64,000 nt of DNA. Origin: Candidatus Iainarchaeum sp. (lineage in GTDB: Archaea > Iainarchaeota > Iainarchaeia > Iainarchaeales > UBA10219). A model generated the notes under the pieces. It saw only the letters and a list, made by a program, of their open reading frames with translations, was not told the DNA's origin and searched no databases. Positions 37,803 through 47,550 of this stretch are shown piece after piece. The stretch is taken from contig JAGVWE010000004.1 of NCBI GenBank assembly GCA_018304425.1, forward strand, positions 254,121-318,120, written 5' to 3'. Every line of letters starts with the position of its first letter. Within the stretch, counting starts at the first letter, position 1. The translations under genes were made by a program, and so were the position numbers.

Positions 37803-38136
37803 ACGTGGCGACGTGGTTTTGGCCGATTTCGACCCGGTGCAGGGCTCTGAGCAAGGGAAGCGCCGCCCTGCCCTGGTTATCCAGAGCGATTTTGGAAATG
37901 CGTCCAGCCCGACCACCATTGTCGCGTTGTTTACTTCGCAGACAAAAAAGGAATATCCGTTTACGGTCTTTGTCAGAACCGGGGAGGGCGGCCTCACCAA
38001 GGACAGCTTGTTATTGCTGAACCACATCCGTACCGTGTCCATTCAGCACCGGTTCGTAAAAAAACTCGGTTTCCTTACGGAAGCCACCATGCAGAAAGTG
38101 GACGCCGCCCTCAAGGCGAGTCTCGGCCTGGATTGA
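37792..38136 (+). CDS. mazF: MazF/PemK family endoribonuclease toxin
   Basis: [34 protein letters not shown] signature. Confidence 0.92.
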   Translation: [114 protein letters not shown]

Positions 38137-38145
38137 GGTGTTTTC

Positions 38146-38394
38146 ATGGTTAAAGTGGCTGTGCAGGTGACGAACCCCGAACTGGATGCATTGGAGGACC
38201 AAATAGTTGCCTGGAATCTGTGCAAAAAGCACCAGGCCGTTTGGCGTGCTTCCGAGGACGACCGCTGGCGCTTCACTCAAACGTGCAAAGCCTGCATTAA
38301 AGTTGGCAAGGAAATCCGCCGCAAATCCCTGCACTTGTGGACCAAGCTCGTAACCGCCTATGAGAAGGCCCGCAAACCCGCCAGCCGGCGATGA
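38146..38394 (+). CDS. Small hypothetical protein with CxxH...CxxC (possible Zn finger)
   Basis: GAGGTG ribosome-binding site; LCKKH...TCKAC. Confidence 0.6.
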   Translation: MVKVAVQVTNPELDALEDQIVAWNLCKKHQAVWRASEDDRWRFTQTCKACIKVGKEIRRKSLHLWTKLVTAYEKARKPASRR

Positions 38395-38442
38395 GTATTA
38401 ATATAACATTAGCCTAATTTAATCGCGAAAAGCCTTCCAGGG

Positions 38443-40752
38443 GTGGAAGGGATTGGGCAAGGGGTTGTTGGCGTGAAGATTGGCGGGTTTGAGGTCGGGC
38501 CCTACGTGGTCAAGGAGTCGGGGGGAAAGAAGCACCTGCTGATTGACTGCCGGGACTGCGTGTACAGTTCGAACATCGCCGGGGACTGGGCGTGCCGGAA
38601 CCACGTCCTGCGGGTGTTCGCGGAAGTCGAGGCCGACCTGATCGTCTTGGCCGAAGTCTATGAGCGGGTGTACAACGAGGACCAGACGAAGATGCTCCTC
38701 GAAGTCAGCCAGCTCATCCAGAAGTTCGAGGTCGAAAGCATCTGGGGCCCGCAGCACCTCGGGGACGCGAAAGTGGAAGGCGAGTCGGCTTTCGGCTTGC
38801 GCCATGACGCCATCGTCACCATTTCCCACGAGTTGCTGGCCATCGACCCCATCGCGGCCTACATCCGCTGCCTCCAGGAATTGAAGCGCGAAAAGGAGGA
38901 ACTCGAGAAGCGGCCCCCGGCCCAGCAATGCGAGGTCTACCTCAAGACCCTCCTGCACCTCAAGGACGGGTTGGAGGCCACCACCCTCATCCGGAAGGCC
39001 AAAAACATTCTGTTGCAACTCAAGAAGACCCCGGAGACCGCTGAAGTCTACCGCGTCTTCTTCGAGGCCCAGGTGAAGCCCAGCTTCATCGGCTCGCGGC
39101 TCCTCTTCGAGGAAACCGAGAAGCTCGAGTTGTTGGACGAGTACCAGGTCGCCGACTCCGTCGTCCAGATTTTCTCGCACCCCGCGAAGACCGAGAAGAT
39201 GTACGTCATCAACCCCCCCGAATACTCGCTCCCGCCCGAAAAATACTTCGTCCTGAGCAAGACGCGCGAAATCGTCGCCACGTACAAGCCCGGCAAGACC
39301 TCCCTGAGCGCGCTGGCGAAGAGCCGGAAATACTTCGAACGCGTGTACCAGGCCACCATCCGGGAAATCGCGCGCGCCAGCAACATCGCGCTCTCCACCG
39401 AGGAAATCATCGAGTTGAGCCAGCTCGTCGCGCGGTACACGGTGGGCTATGGAATCCTCGAAATCCTGTTGAACGACCGGCGGCTGACCGACATCTATCT
39501 GGACGCGCCCATCGGCCGCAAACCCATTTACGCCGTGCACTCGGACTTCGGCAGCTGCCAGACCAACGTCATTTACACCGAGGAAGAAGCGGACTCCCTG
39601 ATTTCCAAGATGCGCGCCATGTCCGGCCGGCCGTTCGACGAAGCCCACCCCGTGCTCGACTTCGACTTGCCGGACCTGGAAACCAGGGTCGCGGTCATCG
39701 GGCCCCCGTTGAGTCCGGATGGACCTGCCTTTGCCTTCCGCCTCCACAAGACGACTCCTTGGACCCTGCCCCAGTTCATTGACGTGAAAATGCTTTCCCC
39801 GTTGTGCGCCGGCCTCCTGTCCTTTTTCATCGACAACCAAGCCACCATGCTGGTGACGGGTTCCAGGGGCTCCGGAAAGACCTCGCTGATGACGGCCTTG
39901 ATGCTGGAAATCCCCCAGAACTCCCGCATCCTCGTCCAAGAGGACACCCTGGAAATCCCGGTGCCCTACCTGAAGGACATCGGCTTCAACATCCAGCGGC
40001 TTAAAACCAGGTCCCCCATCGGCGTGAGCATGACCGAGTCCGAGGTGGCCCCCGAGGAATCGCTGCGCACCGCGTTGCGCCTCGGCGATTCCGCGTTGAT
40101 TCTGGGAGAGGTCCGGAGCAAGGAGGCAAAAGTCTTGTACGAGGCCATGCGGGTGGGCGCGGCCGGAAACATCGTCATGGGCACCATCCACGGCGACTCG
40201 GCGTACAGCGTCTGGGATAGGGTGGTGAACGACTTGGAGGTTCCGAACACGTCCTTCAAGGCAACCGACATCGTGGTCGTGGCGCGGCCCATCCGCTTCG
40301 CCGGCTCCCTGAAGCGGAACCGCCGCGTCGTGCAGCTCACCGAAGTCAAGAAGCACTGGACGCATGACCCCGAGGAAGAGAATGCCCTGCTGGACCTGAT
40401 GCTGTTCGACGCCAAGAAAGACGAACTCGAGTTGCTGGAGGACAGCCTCAAGGAATCCGAGTTGTTCTCCAAAATCGGGGCCACCAGTGGCCTGACCATG
40501 AAGCAGATGTGGGAGCAAATCAAGATGGACGCGTCCTCCAAGGCGTTCCTCGTGGAGATGAAGAACAAGTACTCCCTTCCCGAGCTCCTGGAAGCCGAGA
40601 ACGCCATCATCGCCAAGAACAAGCTGCTGCTCATCAAGGAAAAACAGCTCGAAGAAGAGGGGAGCGCGGACTGCGAGGCCGCGCTCGGCCAGTGGAAGAA
40701 CTGGCTCCAGCAGCAGTTCATCAAGCGGCTGCTGGCGAGGAAGAAAAGTTGA
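38443..40752 (+). CDS. Type IV pilus assembly ATPase (VirB11/TadA/FlaI superfamily) with long N-terminal domain
   Basis: Walker A GSRGSGKT, EDTLE Asp box, ALRLGDSALILGEVR, MGTIHG His box; the start may be the GTG at 38473. Confidence 0.92.
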   Translation: MEGIGQGVVGVKIGGFEVGPYVVKESGGKKHLLIDCRDCVYSSNIAGDWACRNHVLRVFAEVEADLIVLAEVYERVYNEDQTKMLLEVSQLIQKFEVESIWGPQHLGDAKVEGESAFGLRHDAIVTISHELLAIDPIAAYIRCLQELKREKEELEKRPPAQQCEVYLKTLLHLKDGLEATTLIRKAKNILLQLKKTPETAEVYRVFFEAQVKPSFIGSRLLFEETEKLELLDEYQVADSVVQIFSHPAKTEKMYVINPPEYSLPPEKYFVLSKTREIVATYKPGKTSLSALAKSRKYFERVYQATIREIARASNIALSTEEIIELSQLVARYTVGYGILEILLNDRRLTDIYLDAPIGRKPIYAVHSDFGSCQTNVIYTEEEADSLISKMRAMSGRPFDEAHPVLDFDLPDLETRVAVIGPPLSPDGPAFAFRLHKTTPWTLPQFIDVKMLSPLCAGLLSFFIDNQATMLVTGSRGSGKTSLMTALMLEIPQNSRILVQEDTLEIPVPYLKDIGFNIQRLKTRSPIGVSMTESEVAPEESLRTALRLGDSALILGEVRSKEAKVLYEAMRVGAAGNIVMGTIHGDSAYSVWDRVVNDLEVPNTSFKATDIVVVARPIRFAGSLKRNRRVVQLTEVKKHWTHDPEEENALLDLMLFDAKKDELELLEDSLKESELFSKIGATSGLTMKQMWEQIKMDASSKAFLVEMKNKYSLPELLEAENAIIAKNKLLLIKEKQLEEEGSADCEAALGQWKNWLQQQFIKRLLARKKS

Positions 40753-40757
40753 TGTAG

Positions 40758-43064
40758 ATGCCCCGGCCCAACCCCAACGCCTTGCGGGACATGACGCCCG
40801 GCCAGATGTACCGCGAGATAAAGGTGTCCATGCCGGAATTCGAGGCAGGGGAGACCGCGCTGGTCAGGGAAAAACAGGTCCCCTTCGTGTTGTTCTGCAA
40901 GCGCATGCATGCCTTGGCCCCGGGCCTTGGCCGGGGGGCCGTGCTGCAGCCCGTTTACAAGGAAGCCATCGAATTCCTGGGGTGGAAGCTCTCCGCCGAG
41001 GAGTTCACGGCCGCCATCAAGGTTTCGCTCTACGCCAGCCTCTTCGTGGGCCTCATCCTGGGAGCCGCACTCTACTTCAGCCCCCTCGCGCCCCTCGTTG
41101 ACGGCTTTTTCGGCGTGGCCTACCTGACCCCCGTGCTGTTGTTCGCGCCCTTTGTCCTGGTCGGCATGGGCATCGGCTCGTTCATCCAGAACTTTCCCCT
41201 GGAAGCGGCCAAGGAAGAGCAGCTGCGCGCCCTGACCTACGTTCCGGACATCGTGGGCTACATGATCATGTCCATGAAACTCGTGCCCAACCTCGAAAAA
41301 GCCGTCGAGTTCGCGGCCAACCACGGCCGCGGAAAAATCGCGGACGACTTCCGCCGCGTGCTCTGGGAAGTCCAGCTCGGCGTTCACGGCTCGCTGTCCG
41401 AGGCCCTCGACGAACTCGCCTACCGCTGGGGCAAGTTCAGCGACGAGTTCAAGCACGCCCTCATGATGATCCGCGCCTCCGTGCTCGAAAACACGGAAGC
41501 CAAGCGCTATGCGTTGCTGGACAAGACCATGCAGGACATCCTGGACTCCATCAAGCTCAAGATGGAGAACTACGCGCGCGCCCTCTCGCAGCCCACCACC
41601 ATGCTGTTCTACATCGGCGTGCTGTTGCCCCTCATCCTCATCATTGTCTTGCCCGTGGGCTCGACCTTCAGCGGCGCGCCCCTTGCCAACCCCATTGCCC
41701 TGTTCTTAATCTACAACGTATTCATCCCCCTGCTCACCATCGTGTTCGCCTCCGGCCTCATCCGGCAACGGCCCCCGACTTACATTTCGCCGGTCATCCC
41801 GGACAACTTTCCAGGGCTCCCCCCCAAGGGAGTCATCCGCACCAAGGGCGGGCAAATCAGCATTTACTTCGTGATGGCCCTGGTCCTGGTCCTCGGCATC
41901 GCCTTCTCCTACTTCCTTTCCGTGGAAGGCATTCCCCCCCTGAGCCTGGTCAAGGAACGGCCGCTGCAGGTGCTCAAGGCAGACCTCTCCGAGGCGGTGG
42001 CCCTCCAAAAAGACGGCAAGGCCCTGGACTACTTCGCGGAAGGCGGAACCCGTTACCGGGAACTGGTCGCGCTCGGCATCCGCAGGGAAAAGATTCCCAC
42101 GCAATTGTCCGTCGAAAAGCAGACCTTCTTCTCGCGCTCGGAATTCGACGTCACGCCCTACAACTTCATCTTCGGCATGCTGTTGACGTTCTCCCTCCTG
42201 GTCTACGTTTACTTGCACTACACGAGCATCTACAAGCGCCAGGCCCAGGAAACCATCGAGCGCATGGAATCCGAGTTCAAGGACGCCCTGTACGTCCTTG
42301 CCTCCCGCATGGGGGAAAACAAGCCAGTCGAGGACGCGATGCGGCACACCCGCGAGTTCCTCCCCCAGTACGCGATCAGCGAAGCCGTGTTCGGAAAGGC
42401 CATCGACAACATCTCCCTGCTCGGCATGCCCCTGGAAGCCGCCGTCTTCGACTCAGGATACGGCGCGCTGAAGAACAACCCCAGCAGCCTCATCCGGGGC
42501 GGCATGCAGCTGCTCATCGACTCCGTGCAATTGGGCGTGAACGTGGCCGCGCGCACCCTGATTTCGCTGTCCATCCAGATGGACAACGCCGACAAGGTCA
42601 ACCGCACCCTCACCCAGCTCGTGCAAGACGTTACCGGCGTCATGCGGAGCATGAGCACGTTCATCGCGCCCATCGTATTGGGAATAACCACCACCCTGCA
42701 AAAAATCGTCATCATCACCCTATTCAGCATTTCCTCTTCCAGCATCCTCCGCCAGACCCAGGAATCCGGTTCCGAGGCCGGGGCAGGCGGCCTTGGCTCG
42801 AGTTTTTCGGGCGTGAACCTCAATGCCTTGATAAACGCGGAAGCCATCGGCCAGATAGCCTCGCCCACCCAATTCGTTTTCATCGTCGCCTTTTACATCA
42901 TCGAACTGGTGTTCATCATGACCTACTTCACCACGCGCATCGAGCAGGACAACGAGTTGCTGGTGAGGCTGAACATCGCGAAAGCCATGCCCATCGCGGT
43001 CGTGGTGTTCGTGGGCAGCATGATTGCCAGCAACGCCTTGACCGGGGGATTCATCGGGGGTTGA
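40758..43064 (+). CDS. Pilus membrane platform protein with two T2SSF domains (TadB/TadC/FlaJ-like)
   Basis: Two repeats of a cytoplasmic domain plus TM helices (PNLEKAVEF...; GENKPVEDAM...); directly follows the ATPase. Confidence 0.85.
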   Translation: MPRPNPNALRDMTPGQMYREIKVSMPEFEAGETALVREKQVPFVLFCKRMHALAPGLGRGAVLQPVYKEAIEFLGWKLSAEEFTAAIKVSLYASLFVGLILGAALYFSPLAPLVDGFFGVAYLTPVLLFAPFVLVGMGIGSFIQNFPLEAAKEEQLRALTYVPDIVGYMIMSMKLVPNLEKAVEFAANHGRGKIADDFRRVLWEVQLGVHGSLSEALDELAYRWGKFSDEFKHALMMIRASVLENTEAKRYALLDKTMQDILDSIKLKMENYARALSQPTTMLFYIGVLLPLILIIVLPVGSTFSGAPLANPIALFLIYNVFIPLLTIVFASGLIRQRPPTYISPVIPDNFPGLPPKGVIRTKGGQISIYFVMALVLVLGIAFSYFLSVEGIPPLSLVKERPLQVLKADLSEAVALQKDGKALDYFAEGGTRYRELVALGIRREKIPTQLSVEKQTFFSRSEFDVTPYNFIFGMLLTFSLLVYVYLHYTSIYKRQAQETIERMESEFKDALYVLASRMGENKPVEDAMRHTREFLPQYAISEAVFGKAIDNISLLGMPLEAAVFDSGYGALKNNPSSLIRGGMQLLIDSVQLGVNVAARTLISLSIQMDNADKVNRTLTQLVQDVTGVMRSMSTFIAPIVLGITTTLQKIVIITLFSISSSSILRQTQESGSEAGAGGLGSSFSGVNLNALINAEAIGQIASPTQFVFIVAFYIIELVFIMTYFTTRIEQDNELLVRLNIAKAMPIAVVVFVGSMIASNALTGGFIGG

Positions 43065-43068
43065 ATGC

Positions 43069-43515
43069 ATGGCCCTGCTCTTCCACGTCGGCCAGCGCGG
43101 GCAGGCCTTCGAGGCCTTCAAGCTGCTCATCGGCGCCATCCTGGCCCTGCTCATCCTCATGATTATCTTGGGCGCGGTCCAGCAGTTGCGTGGCCTCGAA
43201 GACAAGATCAGTTACGACAAGCTCGTGCAGGCCGCGCAGTCAGCGAGAAAGCAGCCCAACGGCCAGGTGCTGAAGGTGGAGGACATCATCCTCAAGGAAG
43301 GGGGCTACTCGAGCGCGAGCTTCGCCGATAAGATGAATCTGCGGCCGGAATGCGTTTCCCTGGACGCCTTTGGCCAGGCCTTTTCCTCGAACGCCCCGGT
43401 CGCCGTCACCGTCAACCAACGCATGCTCACCTCGGTTTACTACCGTTGCTCGATTGCCGGCTCCCAGGACTGCGAAGTCGAGTGCGAGATAAAGTTCGGC
43501 AAGGGCTTCGACTAG
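43069..43515 (+). CDS. Archaeal pilin (class III signal peptide)
   Basis: QRG|QAFEAFKLLIGAILALLILMIILG. Confidence 0.85.
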   Translation: MALLFHVGQRGQAFEAFKLLIGAILALLILMIILGAVQQLRGLEDKISYDKLVQAAQSARKQPNGQVLKVEDIILKEGGYSSASFADKMNLRPECVSLDAFGQAFSSNAPVAVTVNQRMLTSVYYRCSIAGSQDCEVECEIKFGKGFD

Positions 43516-43583
43516 CCGCCCGAAAGAAGCCCGCCGGAAGAAGGTTTATATATACCTTTGGCTTATCTATTAGCGTGAAATCC

Positions 43584-44102
43584 ATGCGTTTCCTGGGTCA
43601 GTCCGGTCAGGCCTTCGATGTCTTCAAGCTGCTCATCGCGGCCGTGGTTGCCTTGGCCATCCTCGGCATCCTGTTCGGCATCCTCCGCAACGTCATGGTG
43701 GGCGTGCAAACCGAGCCCCAGGCCAAGGCCATTGAGTTCGTCAAGAGTTCCATCAACTCCATCGGCGAATTGAAGGTGACGGACACGGTCACGTTTTCGG
43801 CTGGCAAGTCCCTGAACGCGAGGACGATTGCCATTGAGACCCGGCAGCTCGCCGAAGACCAGGTCTGCGTTTCCGGGGGAGACTTTGCGGACGACGAGAG
43901 CTTCAAGGTCGTGGGCCAGGGCATCGTCGTTTACTCGGGGAAATCTGACCGCACCACCAAGCTCGCGGTGGTCTGCGATTACGGCGACCGGATTGAGAAG
44001 ACCCTCACCGAGGACTACGGCAAGGACTCCAGCTGGCTCGGCGAATGCGGTTGCTCGGGCCAGGAAGACCGCTGCTGCTTGGTTGCCATCGTCCGCAACT
44101 AA
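43584..44102 (+). CDS. Archaeal pilin (class III signal peptide)
   Basis: ATG at 43584: MRFLGQSG|QAFDVFKLLIAAVVALAILGIL; TTTATATA upstream. Confidence 0.85.
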   Translation: MRFLGQSGQAFDVFKLLIAAVVALAILGILFGILRNVMVGVQTEPQAKAIEFVKSSINSIGELKVTDTVTFSAGKSLNARTIAIETRQLAEDQVCVSGGDFADDESFKVVGQGIVVYSGKSDRTTKLAVVCDYGDRIEKTLTEDYGKDSSWLGECGCSGQEDRCCLVAIVRN

Positions 44103-44118
44103 GGTCGCGCTTACGCGT

Positions 44119-44616
44119 ATGCGCTTTCGCTCCCTGCTAGTCCCTGTGGTGGTCGGGCTTGTCCTCCTTGGCCTGCTGTTCTTTAGCCGCTTGCTGATAT
44201 GTTGCTTCACGCCCGAGGACTTTACCCCCACTCAACATGCCATGGGGGCCGTGAAGAACTTGCTCAACTCCATCGGCGAGTTGAAGGTAACGGACATGGT
44301 CCGGTTTTCGGTCGGCGAATCGTTGAATGCGAGGACGATTGCCATTGAGACCCGGCAGCTCGCCGAAGACCAGGTCTGCGTGTCCCCAGGGGACTTCGCG
44401 GGAGACAAAAACTTCAACGTCGTTGAGGACGGCAAAGTCATTGAGTACCAGGGGGAACCGGGTCGGGCCGCCAGACTGGCGGTGCTCTGCGACTATGGCT
44501 CTAGGCTGGGGGACACGCTCAAAGCATATGGCAGGGACCCGGGTTGGGCCGCCCAGTGCGGCTGCGCCAGGGAAGAAGACCGTTGTTGCCTGGTGGCCCT
44601 TGCCAGGAACGCTTGA
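44119..44616 (+). CDS. Tandem paralogue of the preceding pilin, lacking the class III cleavage motif
   Basis: ATG at 44119 MRFRSLLVPVVVGLVLLGLLFF; shares NSIGELKVTD, LNARTIAIETRQLAEDQVCVS, CDYG and EDRCCLVA. Confidence 0.8.
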   Translation: MRFRSLLVPVVVGLVLLGLLFFSRLLICCFTPEDFTPTQHAMGAVKNLLNSIGELKVTDMVRFSVGESLNARTIAIETRQLAEDQVCVSPGDFAGDKNFNVVEDGKVIEYQGEPGRAARLAVLCDYGSRLGDTLKAYGRDPGWAAQCGCAREEDRCCLVALARNA

Positions 44617-44623
44617 CTCGTTT

Positions 44624-45451
44624 TCACGCCGACAGGATTTTGGCCGCGATTCGCTTGAGGATCCCGTTCAATGCTTCTAATTGCGCATTGATTTTGTCCA
44701 GTGAACCCGAAACCGTGCCGTACTTGACGTCCAACGAGGAAAAGTTTCCAACGGTTTGGTCCTTGAACCCGGTCATGGTCTGGTTTACATCGTCCAATTT
44801 CTGGTTTGCCTGGTTCTTGAACTCGGTGAGCGTGTGATCAACGCCGTGCATGGTTTTTTCCAGTTTTTTGAAGCTTGCCTTGGACTCGTCCTTGAACTCG
44901 GTGAGCACCTGCTTGGACTCGGACAGCGTTTTGTCGACGCCTTTCACGCCCGCGCCCACGCCTTTCACGTCCATGCCCACACCTTTCACGTCTGCGCTCA
45001 GACCTTTCACGTCCATGCCCACGCCTTTCACATCTGCGCTCAGACCTTTCACGTCCGAGCCAACCCCCAAGAGCATGAGCCCAGCTATCTCCGTCTTTTC
45101 AATCATTTCCCGTTCCGCTAGGGAAAGCTTAGCCCCGAAGTCAATCCAAAAAGTCTTGAACACGTTTGCCTTGGGCTTGAATGCCTGGTCTCTTTCAGTG
45201 AAAACCGTGATGGCGGCCACGTGCGCGCTGAACGGGTTTTCGGCGTCGCCCTTGACGTATAGTTTCCTCTTGAAGGCGTCCAAGGCCTCCCTGGAAGGCG
45301 CCTCACAATAGGCTTCCACCGTGCCGTCATCCAGGTTCTTGGAACACCCTTTTATGCGGAGGCCCCGTGCCACCTGCTTGACGTAGGCGCGATAGCCTAC
45401 TCCCTGCACGTTGCCTTCCACTACCAGCCGCACCCTAATAGGCAAGGTCAT
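44624..45451 (-). CDS. Acylphosphatase domain fused to a coiled coil, copy 2, antisense within the pilin cluster
   Basis: GNVQGVGYR and KNLDDGTVE; probable ATG at 45451. Confidence 0.85.
   Translation of the reverse strand: MTLPIRVRLVVEGNVQGVGYRAYVKQVARGLRIKGCSKNLDDGTVEAYCEAPSREALDAFKRKLYVKGDAENPFSAHVAAITVFTERDQAFKPKANVFKTFWIDFGAKLSLAEREMIEKTEIAGLMLLGVGSDVKGLSADVKGVGMDVKGLSADVKGVGMDVKGVGAGVKGVDKTLSESKQVLTEFKDESKASFKKLEKTMHGVDHTLTEFKNQANQKLDDVNQTMTGFKDQTVGNFSSLDVKYGTVSGSLDKINAQLEALNGILKRIAAKILSA
44938..45056 (-). repeat. 21-bp coding tandem repeat (heptads DVKGLSA/DVKGVGM)
   Basis: CCTTTCAC recurs every 21 bp. Confidence 0.85.
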
Positions 45452-45568
45452 GTCGTTTCCCCGTCCAAACACTTATGCGTGAACCCATTTAAATGCCTTT
45501 CTGAACCGCATTTCCGGTGCGGGTTTGCCAGCAAACCTTTAAATAATTCTTCGGCCGTCTAACTGTAC

Positions 45569-45787
45569 ATGGCACGGGTTTCAGGGGCTCAGGCCCCCCA
45601 TTTTCCGCAAACGCTTTTGCCCGCAGGCAAAAGGGTTTTGGGACTCGACGAGAAAGGCCAAAGCGAGTGGAGCTCCATTTACCTGCTGATTGTCTTCATG
45701 ATCGCGGCCCTGCTCCTCATTACCCTCGTCAAGCAGATGTTCCGCAGGAGCCAGCCCATCCGGCAGAGCGCCGAAAAAATCCTGTGA
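45569..45787 (+). CDS. Very short Flp-like pilin (class III signal; little beyond the hydrophobic helix)
   Basis: DEKG|QSEWSSIYLLIVFMIAALLLITLVKQMF; TATA box at ~45538. Confidence 0.7.
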   Translation: MARVSGAQAPHFPQTLLPAGKRVLGLDEKGQSEWSSIYLLIVFMIAALLLITLVKQMFRRSQPIRQSAEKIL

Positions 45788-45831
45788 AGCCGGCGCGCAC
45801 GTTTAAATACCTGAATGCCCTTCTACTTACC

Positions 45832-46392
45832 ATGCGTTCCTTTGGCCAAAAGGGGCAGGAGTCAGCTCCCTTCGAGTTGCTCGTGGCTGTCGTCATCATG
45901 ACGTTCGTCATCCTCTTGGGTTACCGCGCGCTCGACCAGGTCGCGGAAATCAAGTGCAAGGGCGAAGTCGAGGGCGAGATGGAGAAGCTCAAGACGACGC
46001 TGGAGAACATCGTCAAGCAGAAGGGCAAGGAAAACCTGGGCCTGTATTTTCCCGCCTGCCAGGGGGAGAAGGACACCTCGGTGCGGATAAAGGGCTTTGA
46101 AGACGAACGCATCTGCGCGGCCTTCTGCGGCGGCTCGCGCAAGAGCTGCACGCTTTTGAGCTATTCGAGCCCCAAGTTCTCCATCAGCAAGTGCCTGCGC
46201 ATCTCCATCAACACCACCTTCGGCTTGGGCGAGACCTGCACCGGCCAAGAGGTTTCCGACCCCGAAAAATACGAGGCCCAGGACTTCAAGGCAGACATCG
46301 GCATCGACAATGGCAACTATGTCCTGGTCAGCAAATTCGATTTGACGGGGAGTTACCCCATTCTCTGCGCGTACAAGCGGAAGGCAGGGTGA
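45832..46392 (+). CDS. Archaeal pilin-like protein (class III signal peptide), Cys-rich
   Basis: ATG at 45832 MRSFGQKG|QESAPFELLVAVVIMTFVILLG; TTTAAATA upstream. Confidence 0.85.
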   Translation: MRSFGQKGQESAPFELLVAVVIMTFVILLGYRALDQVAEIKCKGEVEGEMEKLKTTLENIVKQKGKENLGLYFPACQGEKDTSVRIKGFEDERICAAFCGGSRKSCTLLSYSSPKFSISKCLRISINTTFGLGETCTGQEVSDPEKYEAQDFKADIGIDNGNYVLVSKFDLTGSYPILCAYKRKAG

Positions 46393-46396
46393 AGGC

Positions 46397-47038
46397 ATGC
46401 TGGGCTTCACGTTGAGCAAACTCAACCTCCTCATCTTCGTCACGGCCATCTTCGCCATCGTGGCCTTCTTTTCCTTCGTGCTCGTCAAGATAGTGACCAC
46501 CAACGAGTTGAACCTCCTGCTGGACCGCGTCAAGGTGAAGTCCGAGGCCCTGGTGAACTCCCCCACCTACTGCGACAGCACCTTCTACTATTTTCCCGCC
46601 GAGCTCCGGGTCTCCGGGGACACGTTTTTTTACACCGTGAAAATCTCGCAGCAGGCCACGGAAGTCAACGGCAAAAACCTCAACTACCTCATCTTCAGCG
46701 CGTTCGCCCGCCGCGACAAGGAGTTCAAGAACTCCCTGGCAGCGAACTCCCTGAAAACCGACGCCGACGTCGTGATTTTCTCCTCCGAGCCCCTGTTGCG
46801 CATCCTGGGCGACGAGGAGGGCGCGGTCATTGACCCCCAGGCCCGGCCCCCCATCAACGCCATCGCCATGGTCAAGGAAATAGTGGGCGGCAAGGCCACC
46901 CTCTACATCGTTCCCTGCCTGGCCGAAGCCAACCAGTGCCTGGTCAGGCTCGAACAAGCCGGCTGCTACGCGAAAGCCAACCGCGACCTCACCTGCGACA
47001 ACGGAGACAAGAAGGGCTTCCTATGCCTGCCGGGATAA
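46397..47038 (+). CDS. Pilin-like protein with N-terminal hydrophobic helix
   Basis: MLGFTLSKLNLLIFVTAIFAIVAFFSF; lies within the pilin operon; no basic leader visible. Confidence 0.7.
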   Translation: MLGFTLSKLNLLIFVTAIFAIVAFFSFVLVKIVTTNELNLLLDRVKVKSEALVNSPTYCDSTFYYFPAELRVSGDTFFYTVKISQQATEVNGKNLNYLIFSAFARRDKEFKNSLAANSLKTDADVVIFSSEPLLRILGDEEGAVIDPQARPPINAIAMVKEIVGGKATLYIVPCLAEANQCLVRLEQAGCYAKANRDLTCDNGDKKGFLCLPG

Positions 47039-47550
47039 AGACCGCCAAGGGATTCATTGGCCCGCTGGGGGACGACCTGCCCTCGTTGATTCCCATCCTG
47101 GTCGGCCTCATCATCTTCTTTTCGTCGTTCACGTTCGCCTTCAACGCCTTCGACAAGCGGAACAGCGACCTGGCCTCTGACCGTGCCGTCCTCGAAGTGG
47201 CGAGGGTCCTGCAGTCCAACGGCTACATCGTGGGCGTCGAAGACTTCGAACGGCTTTGCGCCAGCCTGAACATCGCGGAAGTCCAGTACCTGGCCGGCAT
47301 CACCAACGCGTTCACGGCCCCCAACGGAAGCAGGCAAATCAACCCCTTCAACCTCGAATTCCACAAAATGCCGGCCCTGGACGGCTCCAGGCAAAAGCTC
47401 TCCTGCCTGGCCCAGGGCATGGACCCCGACTTCGAGCTTTCGCCGGCCTTCGTCAAGGACAAGCGGTTGCTGCTCAAGGTCTTTCCCGTGGTCGTGGAAG
47501 AAGACAAAATCGTGAAACCCATGCACTTGGTGGTGGCGGCGTGGAAGTGA
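47023..47550 (+). CDS. Pilin-like protein (class III signal peptide)
   Basis: ATG at 47023 MPAGIKTAKG|FIGPLGDDLPSLIPILVGLIIFFSSFTFAF. Confidence 0.75.
   Translation: MPAGIKTAKGFIGPLGDDLPSLIPILVGLIIFFSSFTFAFNAFDKRNSDLASDRAVLEVARVLQSNGYIVGVEDFERLCASLNIAEVQYLAGITNAFTAPNGSRQINPFNLEFHKMPALDGSRQKLSCLAQGMDPDFELSPAFVKDKRLLLKVFPVVVEEDKIVKPMHLVVAAWK

Noticed and set aside
38443-43064. Archaellum (flaI/flaJ) or conjugative T4SS assignment
   Set aside because: No archaellin, FlaH, FlaF/G, VirB4 or relaxase is recognisable; the neighbours are generic class III pilins, so no gene symbols were given.
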